Shown here piece by piece: positions 57,847 to 63,909 of a DNA stretch of 63,909 nucleotides. The notes under the pieces are model-generated. The model was given only the letters and a program-made list of their open reading frames with translations. It did no database searches and was not told the origin of the DNA. The DNA is from an uncultured bacterium (lineage in GTDB: Bacteria > Bdellovibrionota_C > UBA2361 > CALJRW01). Position numbers and translations under genes: made by a program. The stretch is from assembly GCA_937976335.1 (NCBI GenBank), contig CALJRW010000057.1:1-63909 (forward strand). The letters are read 5' to 3'. Each line of letters opens with the position of its first letter. The stretch's first letter is position 1.

Positions 57847-60800
57847 ATGAATTTTTTAAGAAAAGTTTTAATTTTTGGCTTATTTACCGTTGCACTCGCG
57901 TTATGGATTTCTTTGCGATTTATTAGCACATACGTGTCAGGAGAGCTAACTGAAATTCTTGATGAAGAAATAAAGCAAGCATGTTCTGATTGTGAATTTA
58001 AAGTTGATAAGACGTACATAAACTTAGTTGGCTTAAATGGATATTTTAAAAATGCACGTTTTTTAGAAGCCGGTGAAGCAAAACTTGAATTTAAAAGAGT
58101 TGATATTCAAATTAGACTTTCTGGGCTTTTTCAGAAAAAAATCTTAATTAAAAGGTTAGATTTAATTGACGGATTTTCAGAAGGAGTAGGGGTAAATAGT
58201 CTTACATATAAATTTATTGATCAATTAATAAAGCCTAGGCCTAAAAAAGCAAAGCCTCCATTTTTTAAAACAAAACTTGAAAAATTGACTATTTCTAAAA
58301 CAAAATTTGTTGAAGAACTTAAATTAAATAAAGTTATTGCAAATGATTTAAATATTATCATGTACAGAAATGAAGATAATCATTTTATATTAACTCCTTC
58401 AATAAAAGAGCTTAGTCTTCTTTCTAAAACTTCTCAAAATATATTTCAAATTGGTCAAGTAAGTTCATCAATGCTTTTGAAAGATCCTGGAATTATTTTT
58501 GATAAATTAAAAATTAAGAGAGGTTTGAGTGAATTTATTGCTGATGGCAGTTTAAATATACGACAAAATAACACTCTAAATGCAGGTGGAATGTTAGACT
58601 TTGATTTTGCTGATTTTTTTAATACTGATAAGTTTAATTCAAACTTTAAAGTCATTGGTAAAGTTTCAGGAAATTTAGATAAGCCAAATTTTTCAGGTGA
58701 AATACAAGAAATCGTAGGTGAACCATGTTTTTCGTATCCTTCAAAAAATCCATACTTTCTTTTAGACACAGCAGAAGGTGAGTTTTTTGCTGAAATTGGA
58801 GAAAAGACAAGTTTAAACGTAGAGAAATTAGAAGCAAAAGGAAACGAGCAAACTCTATTAACAAATCCATCATTTTACATTGAGGATGATAAAATAGGAG
58901 GTGTTTTTAAATTTGAAGCTAGTACAATGCGGATTGGAGATATTACTTTAGATAATGCTGACTTTCATTTAAAACTCAACGGGACTCTTGATAAACCAGA
59001 AATTGAAATCAATGGAATCTCTAATTCAGCTAATATAAAAGATTATAAATTATCAAGTTTAAAAACTAAATCTACTATTAAGGATAATAAAATACTTTTT
59101 TCGCTTGGAACTGAAGATGATTTAAATGGAAAGCTAAATTTTTCAGGTGAATTAAGTTTTGAAGATTTTATAAATTTAAAAAACGGTGAATTTATTTTAG
59201 AAAACTATGTTGTTACTAATAATAATTCAGCAGAGCCCCCGTTTAAACTGACTGGAAAAGGAAATCTTGCTGGTCCATTAAATTTAAATTTATTAAAAGG
59301 TTCTGCAAATTTAGAAATTTTTTCAAGATATTTCTCAGACGAATCATCTCTTAGAAGCGAAGTAGGTATTAAAGATGGAAATCTTAATGCTAATATTTAT
59401 AACAATTCAAACTCGATAGATGCAAAATTATATTTATCATTAAGTGAAAAAAGACTAAGTAATTTAAAAATTCAGCTGAGAAAATTCCAACCTAAAGAAT
59501 ACAAACCTTCACTTAAGTGTGTAGAAATAGATTCTAAAATAGATCTTGATTTTAAATTAGAAGATTTTAGAAAAGCGAACGGAAGTTTAGAGGTTCAACA
59601 GTTGAGTTTTGGATGTGATAAATATAAGGTTAAAAATATTTCAAGCGCTCTTCTAAATGTCAAAAATGGAGTTTTAGATGTAAAAGATTTAGGTTTTTCG
59701 GGCATAGCAAGTGAGCTTAATTTGCTCGGTAGTGTAGATTTTTTAAATGCATATGATTTAAACCTTACAGGTGATATCCAATTAGGAGCCTTTGCGAGCT
59801 TTTTTTCAGATTTAGATGATTTTGGTGGAAAAACTAAAGTAAATGCAAAGTTAGTTGGCCCTATTTTAGATCCAAAAATTACTGGTGACTTGTCTCTATC
59901 TGATGGAAATTTTAATATCGAATCTGCAGGGTTTAGTGGTCGTAAAATTAATGGTAATGTTTCTCTAGACGCTCGTTCAATTGAAATAGATTCTATCTCT
60001 GGCTTAGTAAATGATGGTCGAGTTGAATTAACAGGACGTGTTTTTCCTTTTGATATAAAAGAATCAAGACTTAATGCCAAGTTTGAAGATTTTTATTATG
60101 AACTTGATCCGACAACATTTGCAACTTTTAGTGGAAATTTAGAAGTTAGAGAGGGTATTGCTAGTCCTATAGCAATTTCCGGAAATATACTATGTAAATC
60201 TGCAGAGTTTGAACGTACTCTTAGCATTGATAGTATTTTAAAAGCCATTAGTAATAGCTTTACATCCGGTCCACTAATTAAACAAGATATTAGCGAATTG
60301 CCTGATGTTGAATTAGATTTACAGCTTAAAGGATCGAGAAATATTTTCATTGTTTCAAATATCATTTCAGCTGAGTTATCAGCAGACTTAAAATTATTAG
60401 GAAGTTTTTCTAAACCAGTTCTGAAAGGTAGTTTGAATATTTTATCAGGTTGGTTTGGTTTAAAAGATAGAAGATTTGATATAACTAGTGGGAAGTTATT
60501 TTTTAAATCTGGAGAAATTATTCCTTATATTGAACTACTTGGAGAACTATCAGTATTTTCAAGGGCAGGTGATATAGTTTATATATTACTTGAAGCTAAA
60601 GGGCCGTTAGACTCGCCACAATTTGTCCTTACGTCTGATTCAGGGCAATCACAAAATGAACTTTTAAATTTAATTGCTACAGGACTTCAAACTCAAAACT
60701 CAACCTTGGCTAATCAAATTGAAAGGGGAGAGGTAAAGTCAATTTTTAAGTTATTTGATGAACCTGAAAACGATCTCACTTGGCTACTTTATAATCTTAC

Positions 60801-63504
60801 AACTATAGACAGCGTTTCAATTGAACCAAGATTAAACTCTAGAACTGGGCTTGTTGAACCTGCTTTTGTAGGATCAAAAAGACTTACTAATGCAATCAAA
60901 CTAGAGGGACAAAATTTTTTAACAGACGATGTGACGGGTTCTAAGTTAAGAGTAATACTAGATGTCTTTTCTCATATGAGATTAGCTGGTCTTATTGATT
61001 CAGAAACAACTCAAGCTAATACTGCTTTTGGTGCAGATGCAATTTTTACTATTCTTTCTAAGAAAAATAAGTTTGTTAAATTTTATACTTATGGACAAAA
61101 GTATTTTAGTAAAAAAGAAGTTTTAGAAAAATTACGTTTAACGAATCGTAGTAGGATAAGAGTTAAAGATATAGTAGCAATAGAAGAATCTTTAAAGGCT
61201 ATTTATTCTCAAAAAGGATTTTTTCAAACTGATATTATGGCCACTTGTCATAGTGGAAAAGATTTTTGTAGAGAGTTAGAAATAATTGTAAATGAGGGTC
61301 CAAGAAGTTATATAAATTCTTTTAAGATAGAGAGTAAGTCACTTCCAAAAGAAATTGATTTTACAAAAATATTAAAAGTTTCTAAAAATACATATGCAAA
61401 AAAGAAAACGATAGAAAAGAAATTTAAGGAAGTTATCAATTCGCTTAGATCAGAAGGATACATTTCTGCACGAGTAGCATATAGAATAGAAAAAGTCTCA
61501 AAAACAAATGGAATAGATGTCATTTTTGAAGTAGATGCCAGAGAGCCTGTTACTTTTATATTTCAAGGCAATGAAGCTTTTTCGCCTAAAGAATTTTTAG
61601 AAACAATCAATTTATTTGAGCGCAAACACCACTTTGGTAAGAATACTGTTAAAATTTTAGTAAAAAATATGGAAAGGCTATACAGAGAGTATGGATACCT
61701 TTATGCAACAATTAGTTATGAAGAGAGTTTTGATAAAATAAATGGCAGAAAGGTTTTTTTAGTGAAGATCAATGAAGAAGCAAAAATTACAATTGATAAA
61801 GTAAATTTTGATGGTTTGAGTCAAGTTTCGCTAATTAAATTAAAAGAACTTACTTCAGAAAAATTTCCTGATAAAGTATCAAATATTTTTGAACCAAAGT
61901 TTGCTAAAGATGAAGAGTTAAAATTAAATATTAAGATATTAAAACTGATTTTGATTGATACGGGTTTTCCTAATAGTGAAGTGGAATATGAAATAGTTGA
62001 TTCAGATGAAGAAAATAAAGTTAGCATTCAGTACAAAATTATAGAAGGAGAAAGGCTTAGCGCAAATGTTTTAAAAATATTAAATACTCCTGAAGGCATA
62101 GTTTTGCCTGATCCCCCTAAAGCGCCATACTCTATTTCTGTTGCCAATAAATATATTAGTAAAATAGTTGATACGGTAATTTCATCTGGATATAGAGAAG
62201 CTGGTATTTCTTCGAATTTAGATATTAACACTAATGAGTTAACCCTAAGTATTGAAGCGGGTAAGTTATTTAAAATTGGTAAGATTTATTTATCAGGAAA
62301 TGATGGAATTAAAGAAGAATTAGTTTACGAAAAGTTGGGTTTTAAAAATGGAGATGCCCTTAATCAAGTTAAAATTAATGAAGGCCGTTTAAATCTTTTA
62401 AAAACAGGACTGTTTGAAAGAGTTAATGTTAAATTTATTGAGAACGATTCTGAGAATACAGTTGAAGACATAAAAATTAGTATATTAGAAAAACCACTAC
62501 AAACTTTAGAATTAGGTGGAGGATATAATACAGAATTTGGTTTACATTTATTTGGAGAAGCAAGTGATCGAGGTTTATTTCAGGATGGTAAGACTCTAGG
62601 TTTAAGGTTAGATGGATACTATCAACCTGGCACACAAGAAATTACTAGAGGCGTAGCTAATCTTAGATTTTTTAATCCAAATTTTTTAAATTCTGATTTT
62701 AGATATATCAATAACTTAAGATTTCAAAAACTAGATATTGATACTCTTCCTTTTGATTTAGATAGAGCTTCTTTTGATACTATGTTTTATAGAACTTTTG
62801 GAAACAATATTTCTTTTAACTTTGGTCATACAATTTTAGAAGAAGATTTAGCTAGTGTTCAAGAAGACTCAATTTTAAGTGGTTTTGATTCAGGTAGGCA
62901 TTATTTAAGCTTTTTGTTAGGAGCTTTAAATTTTGATTATAGAGATAATTCAGTTAATCCTCGTAATGGTGTTTTCTTAAACTTTAATTTTAAATTTTCT
63001 AGTGAGGAGATTTTATCTGATACAAATTTTTATGCATTAGGAGCAAAGCTTAGTTTAATTAAATCAATCGGAGAATCTAAATTCAGTTTTGCAAATAACA
63101 TTAGAGCTGCAAGTGCAAAAGGCTTTGGAGGAGGTGCTGATATTCCGATTTCTCAAAGATATTTTGTAGGTGGTAGAAATTCTATTAGGGGATTTCAAGA
63201 AAACTCTTTAGGTCCTAAAGGTGAAAACGGTAATGTGATAGGGGGAGATTTCTTAGTCTACAATAATTTTGAATTAAGATATTTGTTAACTGATGCTATT
63301 TCAACACATGCATTTTTAGATATTGGTTCGGTCTTTTTAAGAGATATTGGAATTTCTGATAATGATTTAAGATATGGAACTGGCTTAGGGCTAAGATATT
63401 TATCGCCTATTGGACCAGTTGGAATTGATATTGGCTTTCCACTTAATAGAGAAGAAGAGGAGTCAAGTTATAGATTGCATTTTAGTGTTGGGTCTAATTT
63501 TTGA
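57847..63504 (+). CDS. TamB (AsmA/DUF490)-POTRA-Omp85 (TamA/BamA-type) fusion protein
   Basis: N-terminal TM; long beta-rich region with DUF490-like motifs; about 6 POTRA-like units; RYFVGGRNSIRGF; YLSPIGPVGIDIGFP; terminal RLHFSVGSNF. Confidence 0.85.
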   Translation: MNFLRKVLIFGLFTVALALWISLRFISTYVSGELTEILDEEIKQACSDCEFKVDKTYINLVGLNGYFKNARFLEAGEAKLEFKRVDIQIRLSGLFQKKILIKRLDLIDGFSEGVGVNSLTYKFIDQLIKPRPKKAKPPFFKTKLEKLTISKTKFVEELKLNKVIANDLNIIMYRNEDNHFILTPSIKELSLLSKTSQNIFQIGQVSSSMLLKDPGIIFDKLKIKRGLSEFIADGSLNIRQNNTLNAGGMLDFDFADFFNTDKFNSNFKVIGKVSGNLDKPNFSGEIQEIVGEPCFSYPSKNPYFLLDTAEGEFFAEIGEKTSLNVEKLEAKGNEQTLLTNPSFYIEDDKIGGVFKFEASTMRIGDITLDNADFHLKLNGTLDKPEIEINGISNSANIKDYKLSSLKTKSTIKDNKILFSLGTEDDLNGKLNFSGELSFEDFINLKNGEFILENYVVTNNNSAEPPFKLTGKGNLAGPLNLNLLKGSANLEIFSRYFSDESSLRSEVGIKDGNLNANIYNNSNSIDAKLYLSLSEKRLSNLKIQLRKFQPKEYKPSLKCVEIDSKIDLDFKLEDFRKANGSLEVQQLSFGCDKYKVKNISSALLNVKNGVLDVKDLGFSGIASELNLLGSVDFLNAYDLNLTGDIQLGAFASFFSDLDDFGGKTKVNAKLVGPILDPKITGDLSLSDGNFNIESAGFSGRKINGNVSLDARSIEIDSISGLVNDGRVELTGRVFPFDIKESRLNAKFEDFYYELDPTTFATFSGNLEVREGIASPIAISGNILCKSAEFERTLSIDSILKAISNSFTSGPLIKQDISELPDVELDLQLKGSRNIFIVSNIISAELSADLKLLGSFSKPVLKGSLNILSGWFGLKDRRFDITSGKLFFKSGEIIPYIELLGELSVFSRAGDIVYILLEAKGPLDSPQFVLTSDSGQSQNELLNLIATGLQTQNSTLANQIERGEVKSIFKLFDEPENDLTWLLYNLTTIDSVSIEPRLNSRTGLVEPAFVGSKRLTNAIKLEGQNFLTDDVTGSKLRVILDVFSHMRLAGLIDSETTQANTAFGADAIFTILSKKNKFVKFYTYGQKYFSKKEVLEKLRLTNRSRIRVKDIVAIEESLKAIYSQKGFFQTDIMATCHSGKDFCRELEIIVNEGPRSYINSFKIESKSLPKEIDFTKILKVSKNTYAKKKTIEKKFKEVINSLRSEGYISARVAYRIEKVSKTNGIDVIFEVDAREPVTFIFQGNEAFSPKEFLETINLFERKHHFGKNTVKILVKNMERLYREYGYLYATISYEESFDKINGRKVFLVKINEEAKITIDKVNFDGLSQVSLIKLKELTSEKFPDKVSNIFEPKFAKDEELKLNIKILKLILIDTGFPNSEVEYEIVDSDEENKVSIQYKIIEGERLSANVLKILNTPEGIVLPDPPKAPYSISVANKYISKIVDTVISSGYREAGISSNLDINTNELTLSIEAGKLFKIGKIYLSGNDGIKEELVYEKLGFKNGDALNQVKINEGRLNLLKTGLFERVNVKFIENDSENTVEDIKISILEKPLQTLELGGGYNTEFGLHLFGEASDRGLFQDGKTLGLRLDGYYQPGTQEITRGVANLRFFNPNFLNSDFRYINNLRFQKLDIDTLPFDLDRASFDTMFYRTFGNNISFNFGHTILEEDLASVQEDSILSGFDSGRHYLSFLLGALNFDYRDNSVNPRNGVFLNFNFKFSSEEILSDTNFYALGAKLSLIKSIGESKFSFANNIRAASAKGFGGGADIPISQRYFVGGRNSIRGFQENSLGPKGENGNVIGGDFLVYNNFELRYLLTDAISTHAFLDIGSVFLRDIGISDNDLRYGTGLGLRYLSPIGPVGIDIGFPLNREEEESSYRLHFSVGSNF

Positions 63505-63597
63505 TTATGTTTGTATTTTCCTTGACTAGGATTTTTATTGTTTTATAAAGCTGTAATCTGATTTTTGAAAATAGATGGCAGCTAAAATATCTTTAGC

Positions 63598-63900
63598 TTA
63601 GCTAGAATAATATTTTACTAAATTATGTAAATAAGCCCCTAATTTATCTCCCAAGTCAAAAATTTCGAATTTTGCATTTACTATTTCTAATATTGCTTGT
63701 GATTCTCTTAAGCTACCTAATGCTATTATATAAAATCTCTTCTTATCTTTAGGAGTTTCTCTCCCGTATCCTTCAGCTAGGTTAAGTGCAATGCTTGATG
63801 ATGATCTATCTAACTGATTTTTTAGATATCCAGGTAACTTAAGTTTCTGACATTCTGAATAAAATTCTTTAGCTAAAATAAAAGTTCTAAAATTTTTCAT
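63598..63900 (-). CDS. Four-helix-bundle protein (23S rRNA IVP / bAvd-like family)
   Basis: QLDRSSSSIALNLAEGYGR…RFY.IA.GSLRE. Confidence 0.9.
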   Translation of the reverse strand: MKNFRTFILAKEFYSECQKLKLPGYLKNQLDRSSSSIALNLAEGYGRETPKDKKRFYIIALGSLRESQAILEIVNAKFEIFDLGDKLGAYLHNLVKYYSS

Positions 63901-63909
63901 ATTTTTTCT

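Noticed and set aside
58455-62231. Multiple - strand ORFs inside the TamB-Omp85 gene
   Set aside because: Antisense shadows with no recognisable motifs
63598-63900. Diversity-generating retroelement or 23S rRNA intervening sequence
   Set aside because: No reverse transcriptase, no template/variable repeat pair and no rRNA sequence in the window

Overview
AT-rich bacterial chromosomal segment, roughly 30% GC by eye. The GroEL, FabF and PDH-E2 sequences look Deltaproteobacteria/Bdellovibrionota-like, which is my inference and not a search result. Housekeeping content: groES-groEL, prfA-prmC, fabF-hisS, nth, panB, smpB plus tmRNA, dacB plus a LysM lytic transglycosylase, tRNA-Cys, xseAB, PDH E2-lipA, tnaA and an HU-like gene. 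Candidate undescribed elements: (1) a tightly coupled 6-7 gene membrane operon built around a GlmL/MutL-type actin-fold ATPase with no mutase genes; (2) a single 1885-aa TamB-POTRA-Omp85 fusion; (3) an orphan type III secretion needle-like gene behind a sigma28-like promoter; (4) a minimal GIY-YIG nuclease with three copies of a structured hairpin, one overlapping the tmRNA 3' end; (5) a kinase-like/methyltransferase plus LtaS-like transferase plus 'YIDPGTGS' small-protein module; (6) 8-nt-periodic repeats, including (TTTTCCAG)x15 at the left edge, with a four-helix-bundle gene at the right edge. Several apparent pseudo-enzymes are also present. No CRISPR array, integrase, transposase or rRNA was seen. 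All family calls come from motif recognition, not database searches.
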